The notes under the pieces are model-generated. The model worked only from the letters and a program-made list of their open reading frames with translations, was not told where the DNA came from and searched no databases. From an uncultured bacterium (GTDB taxonomy: Bacteria; Patescibacteriota; Minisyncoccia; Phycocordibacterales; UBA9973), in contig CAITGV010000002.1 of NCBI GenBank assembly GCA_903892035.1, positions 1,714 through 65,713 of the forward strand: a stretch of 64,000 bases of DNA. The letters are read 5' to 3'. Made by a program: the position numbers and the translations under genes. Shown piece after piece: positions 1 to 8,219 of the stretch. The stretch's first letter is position 1; every line of letters begins with the position of its first letter.

Positions 1-118
1 CCAAAATTATTCTAGAGTCTCCAATGCTCACTTCAAGCGCATTCAAAACTGCAGGAACTGCTCCCTCAAATTCGACATCGATAACCGGCCCTATGATTGT
101 TTTTATTTTTCCTTGCAT
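1..118 (-). CDS. atpD: F0F1 ATP synthase beta subunit, N-terminal fragment; gene runs off the window start
   Basis: Reverse complement of 1-118 starts at ATG (116-118) and reads MQGKIKTIIGPVIDVEFEGAVPAVLNALEVSIGDSRII, a typical AtpD N-terminus. It completes the atp operon downstream of atpG. Absent from the ORF track because it is truncated. Confidence 0.75.
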   Translation of the reverse strand, partial: MQGKIKTIIGPVIDVEFEGAVPAVLNALEVSIGDSRIIL

Positions 119-293
119 AAATTTAACTACTTATTTTTTAATCGATTTGTGCTTGTATAGTATCGTAAAAATGGCTAATTTGCAAACAAAGAAATGGGTT
201 ACAAGTGTTAGGGCAAAGCCCTTGACTTTTCCGCTATATATGATACACTACGTAAGAGGCCTAGATCTTTGAAATTAAATTTTAATTACCTAA

Positions 294-359
294 TATTATA
301 GAATTATTTTAGCGATTAAATGATTAATCTCTGAGATAATTCTATAATAAAAAATAAAT
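294..359. promoter_or_regulatory. Perfect 14-bp inverted repeat TATTATAGAATTAT / ATAATTCTATAATA (294-307 and 346-359) upstream of the 374 gene
   Basis: Read directly: arms are exact reverse complements with a 38-bp spacer, in the AT-rich promoter region between atpD start and the 374..988 gene. Confidence 0.3.
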
Positions 360-373
360 TAAAATTAAAAAAA

Positions 374-988
374 ATGAAAAAGTTAAAATTAATTGTGATA
401 ATTATCACGCTATCTCTTTCGGTAACAGGGCAGAAAAGCAAAGTAGATTCTGCAAGAACAAAATTCAAGGTTTTGTTCGAACTTCAATTTAACACAGATT
501 CGTACAGAGGATGCGACGGATCACATATCCCATATAAAATATGGGATGAAAACAAAAATCGAAATTGGCTACATGAGCTTTTTTGTAAAAAAGAGTGCAA
601 TGTAAGCTGGAATCTTGAAAAGGACTCCAAATCACTTAAAAAAAGTACAAAGTACTTGCTTAAAATAATTGAGCCACAACAAGACATGACGTTTAGTGAG
701 TATTTTAGTGCTTTTAATGATGCCGGGTACTTATCTCTTGGTAAAGAGGGTATGGAGATTGCCATCCATGTTGGCTCAAAAGTCTTAATTGATTCATTAT
801 TACTCAAAGTGAATTCCAACTTCATTCAGAGTATTAAATTTCATCATGATAGGATATCTATTTCAGATTTATCAAGGATTTTCGAGGACTACCCTGCAAC
901 CTATTATGAGTCCGAAAGAAGAGTGGATATGAATGAGATTTACTTTGAAGGTGAGACAAAAAGATTTGTTGTATTTCAAAAATTATAA
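374..988 (+). CDS. hypothetical secreted protein (N-terminal signal peptide), antisense to the atp operon
   Basis: 204-aa ORF. Hydrophobic N-terminus MKKLKLIVIIITLSLSVTG. No recognisable family. Lies between atpG and atpD on the opposite strand. Confidence 0.45.
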   Translation: MKKLKLIVIIITLSLSVTGQKSKVDSARTKFKVLFELQFNTDSYRGCDGSHIPYKIWDENKNRNWLHELFCKKECNVSWNLEKDSKSLKKSTKYLLKIIEPQQDMTFSEYFSAFNDAGYLSLGKEGMEIAIHVGSKVLIDSLLLKVNSNFIQSIKFHHDRISISDLSRIFEDYPATYYESERRVDMNEIYFEGETKRFVVFQKL

Positions 989-1094
989 CTTAAGGTTATT
1001 AAAAACGTCGGGAATGAAAATTATTCTTTCCGGCGTTTTACTATACCTATTCGTGAACCATTTACTCTATTTTTACAATTGTACTTTTGCAAAG

Positions 1095-2051
1095 CTAGCT
1101 CACGCTTGCCATACCTGCTGATATTTCCGATATTTCTTGGGTGATTGATGACTGGCGGGCTTTGTTGAATACCAGTGTCAGGTCGTCGATCATCTCCCCT
1201 GCGGCCTCGGATGCATTCTTCATGGCGACCATGCGCGAGGAATGTTCGGAAGCGGTGGACTCGAGAAGCATTTGATAAAACTGCATTCGAGCTAGCTTCT
1301 CTACCAACACACTCATCAATATCTCATAATTTGGCTCAAAAGTATACTGCACCGACTTGGTAGTCGGAGTACCAATTGGTACTCCGACTACCAAGTCTTC
1401 AACCTTCATTTTATTTTTTTCTTCCCCTATCGTTTGTATAAATGAAGCTACTTCTGCACCACTTACTGGAAGAATTGGTCGTACTGTTGCGACTTGAGAA
1501 AGTGCAGAAACGAAATCGGTATATGCTATTGAAACACTACTATAATTTCCCTTTTTGAAAAGTTCCATTGCGTGATTTACGATTGGTAGAGCTTCTGTAA
1601 ATCCTGCAGTATCGCTGATATCGTTGAAAGATGCGACAATGTTTTGTCCAAGACGACGAAGAGCAACTTCACCTTTCTTGCCGACGGAAATGAAATCAAT
1701 TCCACTTTCCCCTAGGCCTTGCCTGTGGGAATTTTCTTTGATTATTGCAAAGACTTTTTTAATGACTTGGGAATTGTAAGCGCCACAAAGTCCACGGTTT
1801 GAAGTGACGAGAATTATCAAAGATTTTTCTGCATTATTATTTACTTTCAAAAGTGGATGATTACTTTCTTGTGCTTGTTGTGATAAAGAAGAAAGAACTT
1901 CCCATGAATATCTTGCGTACTCCCTTGAAGCAAGCGTCCTCGAAATAGCGCGCTTCATCTTCGAAGCTGCCACCAGCTCCATCGCCTTGGTGATCTTCTT
2001 CGTGCTCTTCACGCTCTTTATTCGTCTTTTTATTTCTTTCGTGGATGCCAT
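1095..2051 (-). CDS. atpG: F0F1 ATP synthase gamma subunit
   Basis: N-terminus MASTKEIKRRIKSVKSTKKITKAMELVAASKMKRA and C-terminus ARQSSITQEISEI match the gamma subunit. Position between atpA and atpD. TAG stop at 1095-1097. Confidence 0.95.
   Translation of the reverse strand: MASTKEIKRRIKSVKSTKKITKAMELVAASKMKRAISRTLASREYARYSWEVLSSLSQQAQESNHPLLKVNNNAEKSLIILVTSNRGLCGAYNSQVIKKVFAIIKENSHRQGLGESGIDFISVGKKGEVALRRLGQNIVASFNDISDTAGFTEALPIVNHAMELFKKGNYSSVSIAYTDFVSALSQVATVRPILPVSGAEVASFIQTIGEEKNKMKVEDLVVGVPIGTPTTKSVQYTFEPNYEILMSVLVEKLARMQFYQMLLESTASEHSSRMVAMKNASEAAGEMIDDLTLVFNKARQSSITQEISEISAGMASVS
1355..1396. repeat. Perfect 42-bp palindrome ACTTGGTAGTCGGAGTACCAATTGGTACTCCGACTACCAAGT (head-to-head dimer of the REP unit), in frame inside atpG
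   Basis: Read directly. Each half equals the 23-bp hairpin unit found at 19343, 19555 and 19831. Encodes LVVGVPIGTPTTKS within AtpG just before the conserved YTFEP segment. Confidence 0.85.
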
Positions 2052-2058
2052 AAATTAA

Positions 2059-3561
2059 CTAAACAAACATTTTTTTGAAATCAGCTATCGCGGTCTTGAT
2101 TTCTGCTTCCCCGTCGTCTTCCCAAATGCGCTTTTCGCGGACTTGCTTCATAAAGGTCTTGGCGTTGTTTTCGGCATATTCGATGAGGCCTGTTTCAAAT
2201 TCGGAAATCTTTGTGACGGCTATGTCATCCAAATAGCCTTTGACGAGAGCGTAGAGCGCGACGACTTGGTGTTCGACAACGACGGGAGAGTATTGAGGCT
2301 GTTTGAGAAGCTCGACTGCTCGGCGACCACGTTCGATGGTAGCTTTGGTAGCTTCATCGAGGTCCGAACCGAATTGTGAGAAAGCTTCGAGTTCGCGGAA
2401 TTGCGCAAGGTCGAGTTTCAAAGTACCAGCAACTTTTTTCATAGCTTTGATTTGGCAAGTACCACCCACGCGTGATACAGAAAATCCGACGTTGATGGCA
2501 GGACGAATACCTTTGTAGAACAAATCAGTTTCTAGGAAAATTTGTCCGTCAGTAATGGAGATGACGTTTGTCGGAATGTAAGCAGAAATATCTCCAGCTT
2601 GAGTTTCAATAATTGGAAGTGCTGTAATAGAACCACCACCGTAGTCTTTGTTCTTGCGACAAGCACGTTCAAGAAGACGTGAGTGTAAATAGAAAACATC
2701 TCCAGGATATGCTTCACGACCTGGTGGACGACGAAGAAGAAGAGAAATTTCACGGTAAGCGACAGCGTGTTTGGAAAGATCATCGTAAATAATTAGCACG
2801 TCCTCACCTTTGTCCATAAAATATTCAGCAATAGCGACGCCAGTGTAAGGGGCAATATATGCAAGAGCTGAAGGGTCAGAAGCGCCAGCAGAAACGATAG
2901 TGGTGTATTCCATAGCTCCACCTTCGCGTAGACGTGTTTCTATTTTGCGAAGTTTAGAATCTTTTTGACCAATAGCAACGTAAACACACTTCATATTTTG
3001 ACCTTTTTGATTGAGGATTGCGTCGATAGCAATAGCAGTCTTACCAGTCTGACGGTCGCCGATTATGAGCTCGCGTTGTCCGCGACCGATTGGTACAAGA
3101 GCGTCGATTGCTTTGATACCAGTCTGCACTGGTTGGTCAACACCTTGGCGAGTAATAACACCAGATGCAACACGCTCAACAGGATACATTGCAGATGACT
3201 TGATAGCACCAGCACCGTCGATTGGTAGAGCAAGAGCATTTACGACACGACCGATGAGGGCTTCACCCACGCCGACTTCAAGAATTTTTCCTGTAGCTTT
3301 GACTTCATCACCTTCTTTAATATTGTTGTATTCACCAAGCACGATAATGCCAACAAAATCTTCTTCAAGGTTGAGCGCAACGCCCGTGACACCGTTTGGA
3401 AAAGTCACCATTTCTGATGATTTGATATCAGACAGACCTGAGACACGAACGATGCCGTCGAAGACTTCGGTCACGACACCGACTTTTTGTACAGAAGAAG
3501 TCTTTTTAAAATTTGCAATTTCTTTTTTTAAATTTTCTATAACTAAGTTTCTTGTATTCAT
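2059..3561 (-). CDS. atpA: F0F1 ATP synthase alpha subunit
   Basis: Walker [21 protein letters not shown]. 500 aa. Sits within the atp operon. Confidence 0.97.
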   Translation of the reverse strand: MNTRNLVIENLKKEIANFKKTSSVQKVGVVTEVFDGIVRVSGLSDIKSSEMVTFPNGVTGVALNLEEDFVGIIVLGEYNNIKEGDEVKATGKILEVGVGEALIGRVVNALALPIDGAGAIKSSAMYPVERVASGVITRQGVDQPVQTGIKAIDALVPIGRGQRELIIGDRQTGKTAIAIDAILNQKGQNMKCVYVAIGQKDSKLRKIETRLREGGAMEYTTIVSAGASDPSALAYIAPYTGVAIAEYFMDKGEDVLIIYDDLSKHAVAYREISLLLRRPPGREAYPGDVFYLHSRLLERACRKNKDYGGGSITALPIIETQAGDISAYIPTNVISITDGQIFLETDLFYKGIRPAINVGFSVSRVGGTCQIKAMKKVAGTLKLDLAQFRELEAFSQFGSDLDEATKATIERGRRAVELLKQPQYSPVVVEHQVVALYALVKGYLDDIAVTKISEFETGLIEYAENNAKTFMKQVREKRIWEDDGEAEIKTAIADFKKMFV

Positions 3562-3566
3562 AAATT

Positions 3567-3971
3567 TTATCCTATTAATGCTTGGCGTAATGATTCTAAT
3601 TTTGCTTTAACCGACCCATCGTATACCTCATCCCCTATTTTAATTTTAAATCCCGCTATTAATCTTTGGTCTAAAAATTCGAGGATATGAGCTTCTTTAA
3701 CTTTGTATCTTTGCTTTAGAGATTCTCTCAAGTGACTTTTTGTATTTTCATTCATCCGATCTTGACTCCATACTTGTGCCTCCACGATGCTATGTTTTTT
3801 GTCGTAAAGTTTACGATAATTTTCCATTATTTGTGGAATTTGTCGCAACATTTTTTTACTTTTTAAATAAAGAGCAAATTCTTTTACAGTTTTTTTTAAC
3901 ATAGCTTCATCGAGCTTGTCTGTGCTATCAAGTAGTATTTCTGCTAAATGTTTTGAGCTAACTCTTTGCAT
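3567..3971 (-). CDS. atpH: F0F1 ATP synthase delta (OSCP) subunit, short form
   Basis: Position between atpF and atpA. 134-aa alpha-helical protein with OSCP-like C-terminus. Shorter than typical. Confidence 0.6.
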   Translation of the reverse strand: MQRVSSKHLAEILLDSTDKLDEAMLKKTVKEFALYLKSKKMLRQIPQIMENYRKLYDKKHSIVEAQVWSQDRMNENTKSHLRESLKQRYKVKEAHILEFLDQRLIAGFKIKIGDEVYDGSVKAKLESLRQALIG

Positions 3972-3974
3972 ATA

Positions 3975-4475
3975 TTAGGACTTTAATTTCTTAATATTCT
4001 CTTCAACTATTGCACGATTTATACTTGGAGTCGTATTTTCTTCCAATACTTTTGTAACAACTCGCAAAACTAGATCAGCCACCTCCTTTTCTGCATCTTT
4101 AAGCATTGCATCTTTTTCAGCAAGCATGTCTTTTGTACCTTTTACTCTGTATTCTTCTACTAAAGTCTTTATTTCTGCCATAGACTTTTCTTTTTGTTTT
4201 TCCATATCTTTTGCAAGAGCTTTTTTTGAATCATTTGCTATCACAAGGACTTCTTTGTGGGTATTCGCCAAAATTTCTTGTGCATCTTCAAGAATTTTTT
4301 TCTGCATCTTCGCGTCCTCAAGTCCTCCAGCAATTGTGTCTCTGCGTTCGTCCATAAGTTTGCGAAGAGGTTTGAATGCAGCAAGGTAAAGTACAGCAAA
4401 AACTATCACAAAGTTGATCGCTTGTGCTACTATTGCGTGCCATTCTATGTGAAATGTGGAAATAAGTGCGTCCAT
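3975..4475 (-). CDS. atpF: F0F1 ATP synthase subunit b
   Basis: N-terminal transmembrane helix followed by a long charged, coiled, K/E-rich helix. Operon position. Confidence 0.7.
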   Translation of the reverse strand: MDALISTFHIEWHAIVAQAINFVIVFAVLYLAAFKPLRKLMDERRDTIAGGLEDAKMQKKILEDAQEILANTHKEVLVIANDSKKALAKDMEKQKEKSMAEIKTLVEEYRVKGTKDMLAEKDAMLKDAEKEVADLVLRVVTKVLEENTTPSINRAIVEENIKKLKS

Positions 4476-4524
4476 GTAATTAGTTAAAAGTTAAAAGTAA
4501 AAAAGTTATAAAGCAAATCATTAC

Positions 4525-4800
<276 letters not shown>

Positions 4801-4862
4801 TTACTAATAAATTTCTAATTGCTAATATCTAATGTCTAAATGAAATGCGTATTTTTTAGAAA

Positions 4863-5732
4863 TTAGGTATTGGTCATTAGAACTTTTTCATGCTCTTCAT
4901 CGTGCGCATCGTGATCTTGCGCTGCGATTGTAAAGTAAACCAAAACAAGCATTGAAAAAATTAAAGCCTGAATCACTCCCACTAAAATTTCTAGGAACAT
5001 AAATGGTACAGGCAGACCATATGAAAATATTGCTCCCATTGAAAGCAAGAGAACTTCTCCTGCAAAAACGTTTCCAAAAAGACGAAACGAGAGTGATGCA
5101 ATTTTTGCGAATTCACCAATGAGCTCTAGTATTCCCACAAAAAAAGTAATTGGGGCTATTAGAAGCACAGTTGGTTCTTTTTTAATTTTGCCTGGAATAC
5201 TTCCAAGCGCCTTTAGATTAACATATTTATTGAAAACTTTCCACAGGCCTATTGCTATAATTCCAAAAATATTTGAACCTATTACTGCAATGACCGCAAG
5301 AGCAAGAGTGGTATTTATATCGGCTGTACCTGAACGCAAAAATGGCACAAAAGCTGTACCTTCGGGTGTGTGAGTAAGAATTCCAAAACCACCAAGTGGC
5401 AGTATGCCCAACCAGTTATTTATTAATACAAAAAAGAAAACAGTGATAGCAAGCGGAAAAACTTTTTCTGTAACTTTTCTACTTCCTGTGACTTGGTCTG
5501 CAAGATTTAGTGCGCCGTCGATCACAACTTCAAAAATATTTTGTAGCATTCCAGGAACTTTTTTCAAACTTCTACGTAGACTTATAGAAAGAATTGCAAT
5601 GATGATGACTACTACCCAGCTTGTGAGTAATGCATTTGTAATTTGAAAGCCATGAAAATTTGCAATTGGCTCTGCAAAAAGAGTTGAATCGTGGATTATT
5701 GCAGTATTATTTTGTGTCACTTGATTGTTCAT
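4863..5732 (-). CDS. atpB: F0F1 ATP synthase subunit a
   Basis: 289-aa polytopic membrane protein with conserved Arg-containing C-terminal helices (SLSFRLFGNVFAGE). Operon position. Confidence 0.9.
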   Translation of the reverse strand: MNNQVTQNNTAIIHDSTLFAEPIANFHGFQITNALLTSWVVVIIIAILSISLRRSLKKVPGMLQNIFEVVIDGALNLADQVTGSRKVTEKVFPLAITVFFFVLINNWLGILPLGGFGILTHTPEGTAFVPFLRSGTADINTTLALAVIAVIGSNIFGIIAIGLWKVFNKYVNLKALGSIPGKIKKEPTVLLIAPITFFVGILELIGEFAKIASLSFRLFGNVFAGEVLLLSMGAIFSYGLPVPFMFLEILVGVIQALIFSMLVLVYFTIAAQDHDAHDEEHEKVLMTNT

Positions 5733-5964
5733 TTGATTTAATATTATTTAAACTTTTTTTCGCTTCACGAATTATGCCGTATATTGAAATACCAAATGCG
5801 ATGCCTGTCATGCCGATAAAAATAAAAGGTGCTGTGTGAAATTTACTATCCAACCATCTTCCTAAAAAAAGCGAAACTAAAACTGGACCCGCAACCCAGC
5901 CTGACATTTTTCCAAATACCATCATTGGTTCTTGCCAGTAAGGTTTTTTTATATCATTTTTCAT
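5707..5964 (-). CDS. AtpZ/AtpI-like small membrane protein (ATP synthase protein I family)
   Basis: The tracked ORF 5707..6111 overlaps the tRNA at 6054-6125. The internal Met at 5964 (MKNDIKKPYWQEPMMVFGKMSGWVAGPVLVSLFLGRWLDSKFHTAPFIFIG) gives an 85-aa two-TM protein resembling the AtpZ family, immediately upstream of atpB. Confidence 0.5.
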   Translation of the reverse strand: MKNDIKKPYWQEPMMVFGKMSGWVAGPVLVSLFLGRWLDSKFHTAPFIFIGMTGIAFGISIYGIIREAKKSLNNIKSNEQSSDTK

Positions 5965-6053
5965 AAAATGTGTTTGTGGATGGAATTGGACATTGACCGA
6001 TGTCTTATAAACTGGAGCGAATTCAAATATAAATAAAGCTATTCCGCCCTGTG

Positions 6054-6125
6054 TGAGCGTGGATGGAATCGGACCATCGACCTCTGTCTTATCAGGACAG
6101 CGTTCTACCACTGAACTACACGCTC
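6054..6125 (-). tRNA. tRNA-Ile (anticodon GAU)
   Basis: Minus-strand sequence folds as GAGCGTG-TA-GTTC-AGTGGTA-GAAC-G-CTGTC-CTGATAA-GACAG-AGGTC-GATGG-TCCGATT-CCATC-CACGCTC-A. Good acceptor, D and anticodon arms. T-loop is unusual (C at position 55). Acceptor helix is extended by CCTGTGT/ACACAGG flanks. Confidence 0.6.
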
Positions 6126-6302
6126 ACACAGGAAATAATTGATGCTTTATTTTTATTATGAATGAACGAACAGTTTATATTGTACCCGTTATATCAGCGA
6201 CTCGTTCTACCAAAAACTACACGCTCAAATTTTGTGTTAAAACAAAATGCCGTCCTCCTAGGACACGCCGATACTATACCAAAAATACGCTCTATATGCA
6301 AC

Positions 6303-6336
6303 AAAAAACACCCCGTTGGGAGTGTTTTTTGTTTTT
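6303..6336. terminator. Hairpin AACACCCC-GTTG-GGAGTGTT followed by T-run; bidirectional intrinsic terminator downstream of the RRM gene
   Basis: Read directly. GC-containing stem flanked by A-run on one side and T-run on the other. Confidence 0.5.
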
Positions 6337-6355
6337 AAAATTTAAGAGAAAGTTC

Positions 6356-6685
6356 TTAGTAAGAACGGCCTCCTCCATTTCCACCACGATTGAAACCACC
6401 ATTTCCGCCTTGGCGTGGAGGGCGAGCTTCCATTGGGCGAGCTTCATTAACTGTAAGGTTTCTTCCACCGAAGTCCTGACCGTTAAATGATGAGATTGCT
6501 TTATCAGCATCACCGTCGTTTTCCATTTCGACGAATCCGAAGCCTTTTGAGCGTCCAGACATCTTATCCATGATAATTGTTGCTGAAGCAACCGCACCTG
6601 CTTGCTCAAAATGTGCCTTGAGCTCGGCGTCTGTGGTGCTGTAAGGCAAACCACCGACATATAACTTCTTTGCCATAAATGACAA
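6356..6685 (-). CDS. RNA-binding protein with RRM domain and Gly/Arg-rich tail
   Basis: RNP1/RNP2-like motifs KLYVGGLPY and KGFGFVEM. C-terminal GGNGGFNRGGNGGG tail. Confidence 0.85.
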   Translation of the reverse strand: MSFMAKKLYVGGLPYSTTDAELKAHFEQAGAVASATIIMDKMSGRSKGFGFVEMENDGDADKAISSFNGQDFGGRNLTVNEARPMEARPPRQGGNGGFNRGGNGGGRSY

Positions 6686-6734
6686 TGTGACTCACGGATA
6701 GTTACTAAAAAAATACCAATCCGCAAAAATAACT

Positions 6735-6785
6735 AATCCCGACCTAGAAAAAATTTCTCGTCGGGATTCCGACACAAGGTCGGAA
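6735..6785. promoter_or_regulatory. Cluster of three overlapping, mutually exclusive hairpins (AATCCCGAC/GTCGGGATT; GTCGG/CCGAC; TTCCGAC/GTCGGAA)
   Basis: Read directly in the prfA-to-RRM intergenic region. Could be a terminator for prfA and/or a leader element for the RRM gene. Confidence 0.35.
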
Positions 6786-6865
6786 CTAATAATGCAGTTC
6801 TTTTCAAAACCACTTCAAAGGATTATATCATATTTTTTAATATATAGCAATTGGGTGTGGAAAAC

Positions 6866-7846
6866 CTATTCTTCGTCTTCTGCCTCCCCCACAGTTCCCT
6901 CTTGTATCGTATCGATAATGCGGTCTAGTTCACCACGCATAATAGCTGGAATGTTTGACCAAGATTGTTTGATGCGGTGATCTGTGACGCGGTCTTGAGG
7001 AAAATTGTACGTACGAATTTTCTCACTTCTGTCCCCTGTCCCAACCTGACCCTTGCGGTCTGCAGAATATTTTTTTGCTTCCTCCTCTTCTTTCATCGCT
7101 TGGATTTTTGCAGTCAAAATCATCATCGCTTTTTCACGATTTGCAAGCTGACTTCTTTCGCTTGTACAACGCACGTCGAGACCGGTCGGTTTGTGAATAA
7201 GGCGAACAGCAGTTTCAACTTTGTTCACGTTTTGCCCTCCTGCTCCACCAGAGCGAGAATATTCCATTTCAAGATCTACAGGATTAATTTCAAATGCAAC
7301 TTTTTTTCGCATTGGAAGCACTGCAACTGTCGCAGTTGATGTGTGAATTCTTCCATTTTTTTCTGTTATTGGTACGCGTTGAACTCTATGAACGCCAGTT
7401 TCAAAACGTAATAATTTGTAAACATCTTTACCTTTTATTTCAAATGAAGCTTCTTTGTATCCGCCTGCTTCACTTTTTGATTCGTAATTTGTTTTCCAAT
7501 TCCAACCACGGTTTTCAGAATATTTTTGATACATTTCTCCAAGTTGCCATGCGAAAAGTGAGGCTTCGTCGCCACCCGCACCTGCTCGTACTTCCATGAT
7601 TACTTCATTTGGAAATTCCTCTTCTTCCTTTTCAGATTTTTCAATCGCTGTAAGCTGAGATTCTATGCCGTGTTTTTGAGTTTCAATATTTGCCAATTCT
7701 TCGGCTGCCATGTCATGAAGAGTTCCGTCGCTTTCGAGCATATTTCGGACCTCTTCTTCTTCACGCAAAAGCTTCTCATAACTTTCAGCAAGGTACGAGG
7801 TCTTATGATTCTTTTTTAATTCTGGGAGTCGGTCAATTAATGACAT
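6866..7846 (-). CDS. prfA: peptide chain release factor 1
   Basis: GGQ motif [11 protein letters not shown] and RF1-type region [25 protein letters not shown] (PxT-type). True start taken at [12 protein letters not shown] (ATG 7844-7846); the tracked N-extension is probably spurious. Confidence 0.9.
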   Translation of the reverse strand: MSLIDRLPELKKNHKTSYLAESYEKLLREEEEVRNMLESDGTLHDMAAEELANIETQKHGIESQLTAIEKSEKEEEEFPNEVIMEVRAGAGGDEASLFAWQLGEMYQKYSENRGWNWKTNYESKSEAGGYKEASFEIKGKDVYKLLRFETGVHRVQRVPITEKNGRIHTSTATVAVLPMRKKVAFEINPVDLEMEYSRSGGAGGQNVNKVETAVRLIHKPTGLDVRCTSERSQLANREKAMMILTAKIQAMKEEEEAKKYSADRKGQVGTGDRSEKIRTYNFPQDRVTDHRIKQSWSNIPAIMRGELDRIIDTIQEGTVGEAEDEE

Positions 7847-7853
7847 AAAATGA

Positions 7854-7946
7854 TTATACCACCCCACTCGACTGTTGTCGTAGCAACAATCCTCAATGAC
7901 CACATTGACCTACTGGGTAAATACAGGAGGGGTTGGGGTGGTATAA
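7854..7946. promoter_or_regulatory. 13-bp perfect inverted repeat TTATACCACCCCA ... TGGGGTGGTATAA bracketing about 67 nt in the rpmE-prfA spacer; downstream arm contains TATAAT 8 nt before the prfA ATG
   Basis: Read directly. GC-rich arms in an AT-rich genome. Inner small hairpin TGTTG-ctacga-CAACA. Confidence 0.3.
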
Positions 7947-7959
7947 TAAATATATTTAT

Positions 7960-8181
7960 TTACTTTGCTTTTTTAGCAGCTGAAGCAGCGGTACGCTTTT
8001 TGAATTTATCTACGCGTCCAGCAGTATCGAGAAGATTTTCTTTTCCAGTATAAAAAGGGTGACATTGACTACAGATTTCAACTTTGATTTCTGGCATTGT
8101 TGAGCCAACTTCAAATACAGTTCCACAAGCGCAAGTCGCCTTGGTTGTTGCAGAAAATTTTGGATGTATATCTTTTTTCAT
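7960..8181 (-). CDS. rpmE: 50S ribosomal protein L31
   Basis: [47 protein letters not shown], the classic L31 sequence with Cys ligands. Confidence 0.9.
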   Translation of the reverse strand: MKKDIHPKFSATTKATCACGTVFEVGSTMPEIKVEICSQCHPFYTGKENLLDTAGRVDKFKKRTAASAAKKAK

Positions 8182-8219
8182 ATTTAGCGAGTTTAGCACA
8201 CAATTACAATCTTTGCAAA

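Noticed and set aside
24-272. 82-aa plus-strand ORF at the window start
   Set aside because: Overlaps the antisense of the atpD 5' coding region and its promoter. No motifs. Spurious.
6200-6228. Second tRNA gene upstream of tRNA-Ile
   Set aside because: Only the acceptor 5' strand and D-arm are present. No anticodon or T arms can be formed from the following sequence. Treated as a partial duplicate.
6158-6490. 110-aa plus-strand ORF overlapping the RRM-protein gene and its terminator
   Set aside because: Lies antisense to a well-supported gene and across an intergenic tRNA/terminator region. No recognisable motifs. Typical spurious ORF.
7850-7903. N-terminal extensions of tracked ORFs (prf[20 protein letters not shown], atpZ region overlapping the tRNA, rplY, rpmE, PaaX-like GTG start)
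   Set aside because: Extensions lack homology, overlap structured RNA or regulatory repeats, and better internal ATG starts with conserved N-termini exist. Coordinates were trimmed accordingly.
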